Shown here in pieces: positions 37,251 through 50,155 of a stretch of 64,000 nt of DNA. Under the pieces are notes generated by a model. It was not told where the DNA came from, searched no databases, and saw only the letters and a program-made list of their open reading frames with translations. The stretch covers positions 20,646,001-20,710,000 of the forward strand of contig NW_025964383.1 of the NCBI RefSeq assembly GCF_023055435.1, in the 5' to 3' direction. The stretch's first letter is position 1, and each line of letters begins with the position of its first letter. The position numbers were made by a program, and so were the translations under genes. Origin of the DNA: Haliotis rufescens (lineage: Eukaryota).

Positions 37251-40200
37251 GCACTATTACAAAACATAAATCATCTCATTCACTCTTAGAAATCATAATC
37301 GATGTTATGCACTATTACAAATAATAAATCATCTCATTCACTCTTAGAAATCATAAACGATGTTATGCACTATTACAAAAAATAAATCATCTCATTCACT
37401 CTTAGAAACCATAAACGATGTTATGCACTATTACAAATAATAAATAATCTCATTCACTATTAGAAATCATAAACGATGTTATACACTATTACAAATAATA
37501 AATCATCTTATACACTATTAGAAATCATAAACCATGTTATGCACTATTACAAATAATAAATCATCTTATACACTATTAGAAATCATAAACGATGTTATAC
37601 ACTATTACAAATAATAAATCATCTTATACACTATTAGAAATCATAAACGATGTTATGCACTATTAGAAATCATAAACGATGTTATACACTATTACAAATA
37701 ATAAATCATCTTATACACTATAAGAAATAATAAACGATGTTATGCACTATTACAAATAATAAATCATCTTATACACTATTTGAAATCATAAACGATGTTA
37801 TGCACTATTACAAATAATAAATCATCTCATACACTATTAGAAATCATAAACGATGTTATGCACTATTACAAATAATAAATCATCTCATACAATATTAGAA
37901 ATCATAAACGATGTTATGCACTATTACAAATAATAAATCATCTCATTCACTATTAGAAATCATAGATGTTATGCACTATTACAAATAATAAATCATCTCA
38001 TACACTATTAGAAATCATAAACGATGTTATGCACTATTACAAATAAAAAATCATCTCATGCACTATTAGAAACCATAAACGATGTTATGCACTATTACAC
38101 ATAATAAATCATCTCATACACTATTAGAAATCATAAACGATATTTTGCACTGTTAGAAATAATAAATCATCTCATTCACTATTAGAAATCATAAACGATA
38201 TTATGCACTATTTCAAATAAAAAATCATCTCATGCACTATCAGAAACCATAAACGATGTTATGCACTATTACAAATAATAAATAATCTCATTCACTATTA
38301 GAAATCATAAACGATGTTATACACTATTACAAATAATAAATCATCTTATACACTATTAGAAATCATAAACCATGTTATGCACTATTACAAATAATAAATC
38401 ATCTTATACACTATTAGAAATCATAAACGATGTTATACACTATTACAAATAATAAATCATCTTATACACTATTAGAAATCATAAACGATGTTATGCACTA
38501 TTAGAAATCATAAACGATGTTATACACTATTACAAATAATAAATCATCTTATACACTATAAGAAATAATAAACGATGTTATGCACTATTACAAATAATAA
38601 ATCATCTTATACACTATTTGAAATCATAAACGATGTTATGCACTATTACAAATAATAAATCATCTCATTCACTATTAGAAATCATAAACGATGTTATGCA
38701 CTATCACAAATAATAAATCATCTTATACACTATTAGAAATCATAAACGATGTTATGCACTATTACAAATAATAAATCATCTCATACAATATTAGAAATCA
38801 TAAACGATGTTATGCACTATTACAAATAATAAATCATCTCATTCACTATTAGAAATCATAGATGTTATGCACTATTACAAATAATAAATCATCTTATACA
38901 CTATTAGAAATCATAAACGATGTTAAGCACTATTACAAATAATAAATCATCTCATACAATATTAGAAATCATAAACGATATTTTGCACTGTTAGAAATAA
39001 TAAATCATCTCATTCACTATTAGAAATCATAAACGATATTATGCACTATTTCAAATAAAAAATCATCTCATGCACTATCAGAAACCATAAACGATGTTAT
39101 GCACTATTACAAATAATAAATCATCTCATTCACTATTAGAAATCATAAACGATGTTATACACTATTACAAATAATAAATCATCTTATACACTATTAGAAA
39201 CCATAAACCATGTTATGCACTATTACAAATAATAAATCATCTTATACCCTATTAGAAATCATAAACGATGTTAAGCACTATTACAAATAATAAATCATCT
39301 CATACACTATTAGAAATCATAAACGATGTTATGCACTATTACAAATAATAAATCATCTCATGCACTATTAGAAATCGTAAACGATGTTATGCACTATTAC
39401 AAATAATACATCATCTCATTCACTATTAGAAATCATAAACGATATTTTGCACTGTTAGAAACAAATAAATCATCTCATTCACTATTAGAAATCATAAACG
39501 ATATTATGCACTATTTCAAATAAAAAATCATCTCATGCACTATCAGAAACCATAAACGATGTTATGCACTATTACAAATAATAAATAATCTCATTCACTA
39601 TTAGAAATCATAAACGATGTTATACACTATTACAAATAATAAATCATCTTATACACTATTAGAAACCATAAACCATGTTATGCACTATTACAAATAATAA
39701 ATCATCTTATACACTATTAGAAATCATAAACGATGTTAAGCACTATAACAAATAATAAATCATCTCATACACTATTAGAAATCATAAACGATGTTATGCA
39801 CTATTACAAATAATAAATCATCTCATGCACTATTAGAAATCATAAACGATGTTATGCACTATTACAAATAATAAATCATCTCATACACTATTAGAAATCA
39901 TAAACGATGTTATGCACTATTACGGATAATACATAATCTCATACACTATTTGAAATCATAAACGATGTTATGCACTATTACAAATAATAAATCATCTCAT
40001 ACACTATTAGAAATCATAAACCATGTTATGCACTATTACAAATAATAAATCATCTCATACACTATTAGAAATCATAAACCATGTTATGCACTATTACAAA
40101 TAATAAATCATCCCATACACTATTAGAAATCATAAACGATGTTATGCACTACTACAAATAATAAATCATCTCATGCACTATTAGAAATCATAAACGATGT

Positions 40201-40446
40201 TGTGCACTATTACAAAATATAAATCATCTCATACACTATTAGAAATCATAAACGATGTTATGCACTATTACAAATAATACATAATCTCATACACTATTTG
40301 AAATCATAAACGATGTTATGCGCTATTACAAACCGTAAATGCTTTTATACGCTACACTATTACAAACCGTAAATGCTTTTATACACTACACTATTACAAG
40401 CTATAAATGATGTCAGTCATAAATGAACATATACACTATAATGGTT
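37251..40446. repeat. 58-bp (2 x 29) dimeric AT-rich satellite
   Basis: AAATAATAAATCATCTCATACACTATTAG + AAATCATAAACGATGTTATGCACTATTAC. Confidence 0.97.
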
Positions 40447-42276
40447 GCCACACGCAGATCATCACATAGACATGTCCATTTTAAAGCGTAGATGAGACTA
40501 CGGACAGATAGACGAGGTCTCCGAATATTGAGGTTTCGCTTTATCCGCCAATGTATGTATTTACTGCCTGCACTGACGCATTGATTCCAGAAATAGTTGA
40601 TTTTTTGCAAAACGTTTGGAATTGTCGATGTTTTCAAAAATATACAGTTTCACCTAGTTACACATGCATGAAACTAATCGAATCTATTATTAATTCATAG
40701 ATCGAGATATTAAATATACACATAACACTAGATATGTAATTAGATTTATATTTATGAATATCGTTAAATAAATACCATGAATGGCAATATTTTTGCCCCG
40801 GCCACTCAAAGTTTTTCTTCACCTAAAAACAAATACCGCTTTTGACTCAGTGTCCTCGGTAGTGTTTTCTTTGATGATTTCGAGATAATATGTCTATTAT
40901 CGCTATCGAGAAAAAATCGTGTTTTTAATTTTACTCATTTGAAACCCGTTTTGTACAGTTTCACAGTCTAAGGTTTTGCGGTGATTATAATATTTTTGAA
41001 TACCACATAAAAATAATATTCCAAAATTATTTTACACTTGTTGGCATTTTACTAATTGATTAATAAGCAATTATGCAACAATGCCAAGAGAATCGGTCTT
41101 CAAATGTGAAATAATTATATTATGTTTGAGGTTCTATGCTGTTTTCAATAATATTTTGCAACATGCTTACAAACATTGTTTGGGATGCGCATTGATTAAT
41201 GTTTAAAGCCAGTTCTTTGTGACTTAGAAGATTACGCTTTCAAAATATTTACCAACCACAATTCGCAACAACGAAATAGGTTGATTAAATTAATTAATTC
41301 ATTAGTCTCGTTCGCTTTCAGTTAACGACAGATCTTAGCAGCGGGTGGTCTTTGGCGGAAGACGGGTGAATAAGCTAGATTCAACATCACATCACATCAC
41401 ATCAACGCTGGATCGTGACAGAGTACCGCAAAATCTGATTTCTCGCGATCCCCAAAGTATTTATTCCCATCAGAATAAAACATCCAATTTCGTGTCACAT
41501 TCACAATAAAAAGGTCACAACACTATTGAGAAGCTTAATCCTTAAGTACCTATGGTACAATCCACAACCAATAAAGTGTCGCGATCGCTATTTAGTGGAT
41601 GTGGTTTCTTTGCCACAGAATCTTTGAAAGGTTATTTGATTTCAATTGGATCTTACGTTGATGTCAAAATAGTCATTATAGAATTCCTTTATCTCTTCAC
41701 CTAAATTACCCTGTCGTTTACTTCAGGGAGGGTGCTATTTCGGAAACATTCCAAAGGTGTGATGCCACCTGCGATTTCTCAAGTCCAGTGGGTACCTCAC
41801 ACCCGGATGACCACGCTAAATACCCCGAATAATCATGTTAGTAAGTGGTCAAATTTCGGGCCCCGAGAACACGTTTGAATAAGGCCGAGGCATCTATAGT
41901 TACCCACCCTTGACAATCTCCATTGTACTGTATTGTTCTGTATTGTGAGAGCGTCATAGTGCGATGTTATCACGCATTATAGAGCTGCCGTAGGCTTGTA
42001 TACATTACTCCACTGAGAATAAGATGATTGTTCTGAAAATGGCATCAGTTTTCACTGTAAGCCGCCAACAAAAGATTGGGGTGTTTAAAAGCCTGACCTT
42101 TTCACCCGGGGACAATGGGGATATCTGAATCACATTCTACCCGAGAAGAAGGAATTACCGTGTTGGGAGATGGAGCTTTATGTAGGGGAATCATGTTGTG
42201 TTCACCGGATTTGAAACAATTTAGAGCGTACGAGTTCGAAACGAACTGACATATTTTATGGTCACTGAAAACAGAG

Positions 42277-42630
42277 TGAGGTGAGGTGAAATTGGGTTTA
42301 ACGTCGCGTCCAAGATTATTGCACTTATATAGCGACGTGCATGTGTGTGTGGTTGCTTGTGCTAGTCCGGACTAGTTATGCCGATTTATAGTGCTAGCTC
42401 ACTGAGATACCATGCCGCAGTTTAACATGAATACCCCACTCAGACACAGTATACTGACTCCGAGCCGACCAGTCTTCGTTTTAGCCCCTTAATGCCGAGC
42501 GCCTGACAGGGTAACAACAAGTTCCATCTTTTAAAGGTTTAATCTTTTTTGGTATGACGCGGCCGGGGATCGAACCCCAGACCTTCCGCTCTCCGGGCGG
42601 ACACTCTACCACTAGACCACGGAGGCGGTC
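42277..42630 (-). mobile_element. Family M (Meta/MESC-like) SINE, full length
   Basis: Head GACCGCCTCCGTGGTCTAGTGG...GGGGTTCGATCCCCGG, Meta-like body, (TCACC)n tail, 12-bp TSD CTGAAAACAGAG (42265 and 42634). Confidence 0.92.
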
Positions 42631-44283
42631 ACCCTGAAAACAGAGACCATATTGATATATGATCTCTGCTGAAAACTAGAACACTGTTTACGTGTTCAAA
42701 GAGAGCAAACGACACCTTGAGTGATTAAAAACATATCTTAATTCTTAAAACTTAATTCCAGTACATTAATATTTATATAAAGAGAACATTAAATAAGTGC
42801 CGTGTCCATTGTCAAGTCTGGAGATGTTTAATTTAAAATTTATTGCTCCGATATATTTGTTGGCCTATTTTATACATTTACAACGAAATGGATGTTTAAA
42901 TATTCACCAGTTGCATCCTCTCGTCAAAGTCACTGTTTGAATGTCGTTCGAAGGGGTTAAGTAAGGGTCACCCAATCATAAGGATGGGAAATGAGTTGCT
43001 TCGCACACGCATAAGAAACCACACGGTAACCGACAAAACAGTGTGTTCAAAATGGCGATAGGTAACCTGCCTTCACTTCCTCTAGGTGTTACGACAATGA
43101 CTAACAGATGTAGCAGGCTTAGATGCATTTGTCGGCAAGGTGTAGAAGGCTCCCATCTATGACGTTACTGTTAATGAGAATAGATTCCGATGGCACAAGT
43201 ACATATTAGGCCGTATCAACAACTTGGCACAGACGATCGCTCTGTCGTGTTATTTCAGTAAACGCTGGCCAGAGTTTTCACATATTAAAGGGCTAATTGA
43301 TACATTTCTAAACCTCGGCCTGCCAGAATGGGTGTCGTTGAAAAGCCATCAAAGAAGAAAATGAAAAACACTTGGAGGAAAACTGTAATTTTTGTAAGCG
43401 GCAATTAAACCAATATGGTGGGAGTTAGACAAGGCATTGACGACAAGTGAGGCATTGGCAGTCTGTAACACACTACTGAATGGCTTTGTTTATTGCGATA
43501 ACTTCCCGAATTTCATTGCAAGGAATAGAAAAACAAACTAAACCAATGAGTTTCGTATGGTACAATCGATCAGTCTTTATGGTTCGTGCAACAGGCAGAA
43601 TTTGCCATTGGGTCGGGACTAATTTCTGTCAAGCCGAACAGCAGGTGACGAGAATGAAAGAGCTGACCCCGAGATAAGTGTATAGCAAGTGCCCCACGTG
43701 CTGCACGTGCGCATGTGGTTGACGCATGTGCACGAAGGCACCCCCGAATTGCCATCTGGGAGAAAGATGTCGACTTCCTGCATCTAATTGTCAGAGAATT
43801 ACCCCATCCTCAGCACCTACCTCAAGACGAATTTTCATAATTGTCTGTTTGTAACAATCCGACATTCTCGACAGTTGGAGTGCAGTGTGTAGTGATATAA
43901 TTCTTGACAGCTGCTCGTCAAATGTGCCTTCTGATGAAACACCGACTTTAAACTATACACCGCTTCACACTGGGGATTATTGTATTTTTGTCGAAGGCGG
44001 GGGTGACGTTCTTTTTGTTTATTTCAACCATTTGTATTTTTATTTTCGGACAGTTTCTTTTGTGAATGACCAGACAACACGTGGACGCAATGTACGACCC
44101 TGCTCGTTGTTTAAAGTTGCGTTTAATTCCACGATATAAGGGCTTGGAGCGGAAACAAGTGTTTTGTTTTCTAGATCGCCATGTTTTCTGTCTGAAGTGT
44201 CATTAACTTGTACCGGTAGTGCTTAGTTCATGTAAGTGATCAAATACTTCCTCGTCAACTGCTCGTCAGCACGACACATGAGG

Positions 44284-44449
44284 GAGTGAGTGAATATGGT
44301 ATTTACGAGGCTTTTAGCAACATTCCAGCAATATCACAGAGGGGGACACCAGAAATGGACTTCACACATTGTACCCATGTCGGGAATCGAACCCGGGCGT
44401 TCGGCGTGACGAGAGAACGCTTTAACCACTAGGCTACACCACCGCCCCC
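44284..44449 (-). mobile_element. Family D SINE, full length
   Basis: TSD CGACACATGA (44272 and 44451). Confidence 0.92.
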
Positions 44450-44548
44450 TCGACACATGAACCACACCCCAACGCCATTATTCTTTACTTGTCACCCTGT
44501 TTGATTCCGAGGAATATTATCGAGTGTTCCATAGGATTGTCGTAATAT

Positions 44549-44655
44549 CCGTGTGACTTTGGCTGATGAGGTCGTATCCAGATGACGTCGATCGTGGCTC
44601 ATGATTTCAATCACTGGTTCGTCTTGTCCAGACTGGATTGATGGCAGGTCGGCTT
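44549..44655 (+). mobile_element. Decayed family A body fragment
   Basis: GCTCATGATTTCAATCACTGGTTCGTCTTGTCCAGACT. Confidence 0.55.
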
Positions 44656-44893
44656 GCTGTAGTTTTGTAGAATACAGCAGCCACACGGGTTTATTTAATT
44701 TAACGCAACACAATAAAAGGTTAAAACACCATTTCATTACAAAAAAATATATGTAAACAAATATATAAAATACAGAAAATACACATATATACATCACTGC
44801 TACAGTTAGAATGTTGCTGAAGCGACATAAAACAACAGCACTGAATTGCGTTCTGTGTCACACTTTTTAGTTTAGTAAATTCAAAGCCGCCTT

Positions 44894-45181
44894 CTGAGTG
44901 AGTGAGTGAGTGAGTTGGATTTGACGCCGCTTTTTACAGTATTTTAGTCATATCACGGCGTGTCAGCTTAATGTGGGCGGAAAGCCCGAAGTGATGCAGG
45001 TCTCAGACGTTTACTACTTCGGTGAAACCCACGAGCAAGGGTATGGTGCTGACAAACCTAGAAACATAATCGGGGCGAACCGGGATTCGAACCCACAATC
45101 ATAGGTTTCTGGCGGACCCAGGGGACGCAACTCTGCACAGCGGATCGCGGCGCCTTAGACGACTGGGCCACCCCTGCCCCC
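44894..45181 (-). mobile_element. Family B V-SINE-like element, full length (reference copy)
   Basis: Head GGGGCAGGGGTGGCCCAGTCGTCTAAGGCGC ... GTGGGTTCGAATCCC (tRNA-Leu/Ser-like, long A-B spacer), V-like body, (CACT)n tail. Confidence 0.9.
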
Positions 45182-45196
45182 TATACCTTCTGAAGT

Positions 45197-45355
45197 GGAC
45201 CGTGAAGATCTGTATCAAAATACGTGTTCAGCAACCAATGCGATCGATGCTGACAATATCAATCATTGGATTGGTTGGTCCAGACTCAATTATTCACAGA
45301 CCGTCGTCATATGGTTGGAATATTGCTGAGTGCGGCGTTAAACAACAAACAAATC
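45197..45355 (+). mobile_element. Family A element with internal deletion
   Basis: Head joined directly to distal body; 14-bp TSD ATACCTTCTGAAGT (45183 and 45356). Confidence 0.85.
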
Positions 45356-45400
45356 ATACCTTCTGAAGTATCGTATTCAGAATGCATATAATAGATGACT

Positions 45401-45682
45401 ACCCGTGAAATTCACACGTGAAAATCCGGTTTAGAATAGGTTTTCAGCTACCCACGCTTGCCGTAAAAGGCGACAATGCTTTTTGTAAGAGGCGACTAAC
45501 GGGATCGAGTGGTCAGTCTCGCTGACTTGGTTGAGTTACGTCATCCTATCCCAACTGCGTGGATCGGTGCTCAGTACGTCCATCGCTAGATTGTCTGGTC
45601 CAGACTCCATTATTTCCAGACCGCTGTCATACAGCTGGGATAGTGCTTGGTGACGTTAAACAACAAAGAATCAAACAAATAA
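45401..45682 (+). mobile_element. Family A element, full length
   Basis: Head variant TGAAAATC...GGTTTTCA, two hairpin modules, tail. Confidence 0.88.
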
Positions 45683-46294
45683 AGCCCATTAGTTGGCGTA
45701 TCATGAACTTGAAAGCGATTTTGCCCCGGGGTATCCAACTGATGGCTATGCTCAATACGCCAACAGGCGTTTTGGTTTAGTAAGTCAAACAACAAACAAA
45801 GACCCCATTTCATTGCAATATATCCAAATACTCGCTTTGTTTCCGCTTTGTTTAACACACGTTTGTTTAAAGGGCCATAGCAATATACATGTAATTTAAT
45901 TAAAAAAAACCCACTCATTTCACCTGCCCTGTGATGAAAACAAAACATACACGTGTATCCTTGAAAAATATCCACAATTCAACTTTTTAACAGAATAAAT
46001 TAATAAATATGTTTTTTATAGTTTCTGCACACGTGGATTTATCTACAAAGGGCTGTTCTATTCCATGCACCATCTGGTCTTTGGTGAATGTATGGGGCGA
46101 GCTGTCAGCCAAGTACAAATTAACTAAAAGATATTTACAGTTTTATCGGAGTTAGTTTGAGTCAGAATACTCATTGGAAGCAGTAACACATTTGAACTTA
46201 ACATACATGTATCTTGGACCTGTTCACAGGCCGATATTCTGCCCCAGGCCTGGAGCAAATGTCAGTAACCATTCCCCAATTTTACTTAAGAATT

Positions 46295-46547
46295 TGATCC
46301 GGAGTGGAATAGGTCTTCAGCAACCCATGCTTGCCGTAAAAGGCGACTCTGATTGTCGTAAGAGGCGATTAACGGGATCGGGTGGTCAGGCTCGCTGACT
46401 TGGTTGATGCATGTCATTGTATCCCAGTTACGTGGATCGATGCTCATGATGTCAGTCACTGGATTGTCTGGTCCAGACTCTATTATTTACAGACCGCGTC
46501 ATATAGCTTGAATATTGCTGAGTGCAGCGTTAAACAACAAACTAACA
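46295..46547 (+). mobile_element. Family A element, slightly 5'-truncated
   Basis: GATCCGG...GAATAGGTCTTCAGCAACCCATGCTTGCCGTAAAAGGCGAC... Confidence 0.9.
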
Positions 46548-48760
46548 TGAATGTACCATTCCTGTTATTGTGGTAATAACTAATGTTATTATCTTGCAGA
46601 GATGATTTGGATTTCACTAATAACAGGACCAATAAACAGGAAGAAGCTGTTATGTTAAGTTATTTTTACACTTAAGTTGTACAGTTGGAATTTTAAAATA
46701 CCCTTGAATTTGCGAAGATAAGGACCCTATTTAAAGCAGTTATACATAACACATTGCATATCGGGTATATTAAGAGTAAACGTACGAAACCACAATAACC
46801 TATCACGTGGTTATGCGTTTTCAAGAAAATGACACGTCTACCCAACATAAGTAACAAAATGCACCTCCCTTTTTCCAAAAAGCTGTCGCCCGCTTGATAA
46901 TATTCAGGCAGTGGCAGGTGCTACCTAGACGTGGTTTCTATGGGAACCTCAAATTCGATTTGTGTCGTAATGAGGGACCGTTTATACCAGTGGGTACCCA
47001 TCGCCCCAAACCCAGAAACAAGGTAACAGACGAGCTTATACATCTGAAAAATTTCAATTTTAAAACTTCACTCTCATGGCTAAATACGTGACAACCGAAC
47101 AGCACCCATAGGGTTTCTCGCTAGACTAACGCTTAGAAAAAATGTAATTTTTAAAGAAACATACAACTGTTTTAAATTGAAAAGGAGCCCAAGTTGGATG
47201 GGAGATTCAGACTGCTTCATTTAGGACCATAGCATTATAGCAGTGGCTGGTCGGAAGGGAAATATTATGGCTTGGGGACTGGTTCTGACTGGGTTTCTCA
47301 CACGTGAACACCAAGCTAGATTTGTGTCGCAAGGAGCGAACGTTTTAACCAGTGGGTACCCTTCACCCCAACCCCGAGACAAGCGAAGCAGATAGCTCTT
47401 GACTTCATTTTAATGGCTAAATAAGTGACATCTCAACAACAAATAAACAAACCTGTTTAGTCATCGCAGACATTGTTACATGTCAAACAAGAGCATATCC
47501 TAACCTATCTTGACTTAAACGTGTGTTTAACATTCTTGGATATTATCATTGTGTTTTTGCAACTTGTGGATGTTGCTTCTTAAATGGTTATGTTATGATC
47601 TGATAATAACGCGATGTTCTGGAAAGTGCATTGAGTTTAGGGGAGTGTTACCCAATCTTTACATAAAGACAAACCATGCCTTGAGTTAGGATCATTATTT
47701 GCCGACTGAGTATATTTAGGGCTTGAAAATGTGTAAAAGAAGGAAAATGACTCCGTTTCGTAAAATACATTTTTTTTGTGACTGTTTTAGATATCATGTT
47801 CGAAACATGTATTTACAAAGGTGAGGAATTTCCGCTATGTTATGGATTCGGGCCGATGTAGTGTGTTAAGACGATTAAGCTTTCTGTCAAAACAATATTG
47901 CTCAGGGTATGAGAAAAAGAAATTCAACACCACTGTTCGGATATCAAGCTGTTTGTTCGAATTTCAATTGTAATCTCCAAACCTAGCTTACGGCAATATT
48001 GGAAGCCCATCAGCGTTTTGAAAGGTGTATGTGTTAAACTTGGTGTAACCTAAACACCTTTGTTGTTGAATGTATATGGGCTATCCGGCTTTGTAGATGG
48101 AGATGTTTGTATGGTTACTACAGTTACAAGAAAGCCCCCACCCTACAACGCTACAATGACAGTTACAACCGGAACAGGTTTATTCCAAATACCAGAATGA
48201 GTCAAGAGTGATCGGCTGTTGTAATGCTGTAGCTATTATAAATGCCTCCCTCACAAGGGGGTTAGGTTCAGCGATATCAAGTTCGACAGGGCAAAGAATA
48301 CGACCGATAATTGGCGATAATGTGGAATAATTTTCTCCGCTATGGCAGCGCGTTAGCGGGGCCGTCCCGAGTATAATTAGGGGAGCGTCTTGTTGTGAAG
48401 TTTAACAGGGAATTGTAGGATACTCTGCAGAGCTGAAGAGGAGTCAAGATGCTGATACGTACACTAATGGGGCATAATAGACGATAGAAGACGAAGGGGT
48501 GGCCAGGCGTTCAAATGCGGAGGTACTATTCGTGCAAGTTTAGCTCAAGTTTTCGTCTGTAGTTCAGTAATGATCTCCACTTGTCTAAACGCCGGTTCTT
48601 TCCTCTGCTAATGGCCCTCCTACACCTCTGGTCGGTGTGGTCTGGAGCGTTGGGCAATGACTGATTTTCCGCTACGCCGAAAAGGAGAAGGGGAAATAAG
48701 ACAAAAAAACAACACTCTAATTACATCAAGATTTGAAACTTGTAGAGAGAATGAAATTAG

Positions 48761-48920
48761 TCACGTGCAGGCCACAAGTGCGGGGGGATTTCCCCTTAAT
48801 GAGCGCCCCACCTCCACTGTTATCCCTGCTCACTGGCCGGCTCGATCTTGAGGGGCGGGGTCCAATGAAATAGACAACCCACGTGTTCATCTGAAATCGA
48901 CACAAGTGCTCGCGCGTGCG
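48761..48920. promoter_or_regulatory. GC-rich motif cluster (E-boxes, NF-kB-type site, GC box, CCAAT)
   Basis: TCACGTG at 48761, GGGGATTTCCCC at 48784, GGGGCGGGG at 48852, CCAAT at 48862, CACGTG at 48880. Confidence 0.4.
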
Positions 48921-49861
48921 GATACCTTTCATATGAAGTCAATTTCCTAAGAAACCAACATGTGAAATATACATTAGCCCATGTCGAGCAGGGTCGGGAG
49001 TCGGGATGAATTCTTTAGGGAATCCAATCGCAGTATAATGACCCTCTAGTAGAAAGTCTCCAACGATGAAGTTCTCGCTTATGATGTTTTAATTGTGTGT
49101 TTTTGAGTTTCTTACTATGAGTGGATTAAAGTGTATTGCACATAAACCGCTCTGCGTGACCCCGCATTGCTGCAAGTGCGCCCTCAAGCCCAGCTGGTTG
49201 TCTGGCTAACGGGTTATCAGACTGAATTATGACTCGCCAGATCTGTCAGAAATCTGTTTATTTAGTCAGTCTTAGCTAGTTTGACACGGACGACATAGCA
49301 AATGATGGATGTAATTACAGTGGCAGCAAACAGGTGAAACGGACGGAGGAAAAACTGGGGCTAAAAGAAATTGTAAATAATTATGCAACGCGATCCTCCC
49401 TCTGACTGCGTTATGCAATGAGAGTAACGATTGCCAGATTCAGACAGTAGAATAACACACTTGAGACATGGATGAAGCAATAAAATTTTAAATTGATTAC
49501 TTGTGCTATAAAAGAAAAAAACAAGTTATTTTCAATCCATTTTAGAAACTACAAAAACATACGTGGAGGATCTAAGGGGATTAAATAGGCCGTCAGAGAA
49601 AGGCATTTAGAAGGAAGTTTGAAAACGTATTTATATTGTTTTCCTGGAATGGCGCTCCTGAAGCCCACGTGGACGTTTTACTGCTTATTGTGATATTGTC
49701 TCTTTTGCAGATAAACACAACGTTTAATCAAATAAAGATTCTGGGTATCGGCTTTGTATGCTGACTCAACATCAGTTTCATCAGCTGAAAACAGTTTTCT
49801 TTGAAAATGAAATCACAACAATTTAAGTTTAAACATTTTCTAAATAACAAAAAAAAAGAAA

Positions 49862-50155
49862 GTTTGTTTGTTTGTTTGTTTGTGGTTTAATGCCATGCTC
49901 AGCAATTTTCCAGACATATTCTGTTCAAAGCGGCGTTAAATTCAGTTCACTGACTCCAGCCATATACGCCGGTCTGTAAATTATCGAGACTGGACCAGAC
50001 AATCCAGTGATTGGCATCATGAGCATTGATCTACGCAGTTGGGATTGATGACATGCATCAACCAAGTTAGCGAGTCTGACCACCCGATCCCGTTAGTCGC
50101 CACATGTGACAAACATTGGTTGCTGAAGACCTATTCTAACCCTGATCGTCACTGA
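49862..50155 (-). mobile_element. Family A element carrying a nested 36-bp SINE-tail insertion
   Basis: Reverse-complement match to family A; insert 49920-49955 flanked by CCAGACATAT / CCAGCCATAT. Confidence 0.85.
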
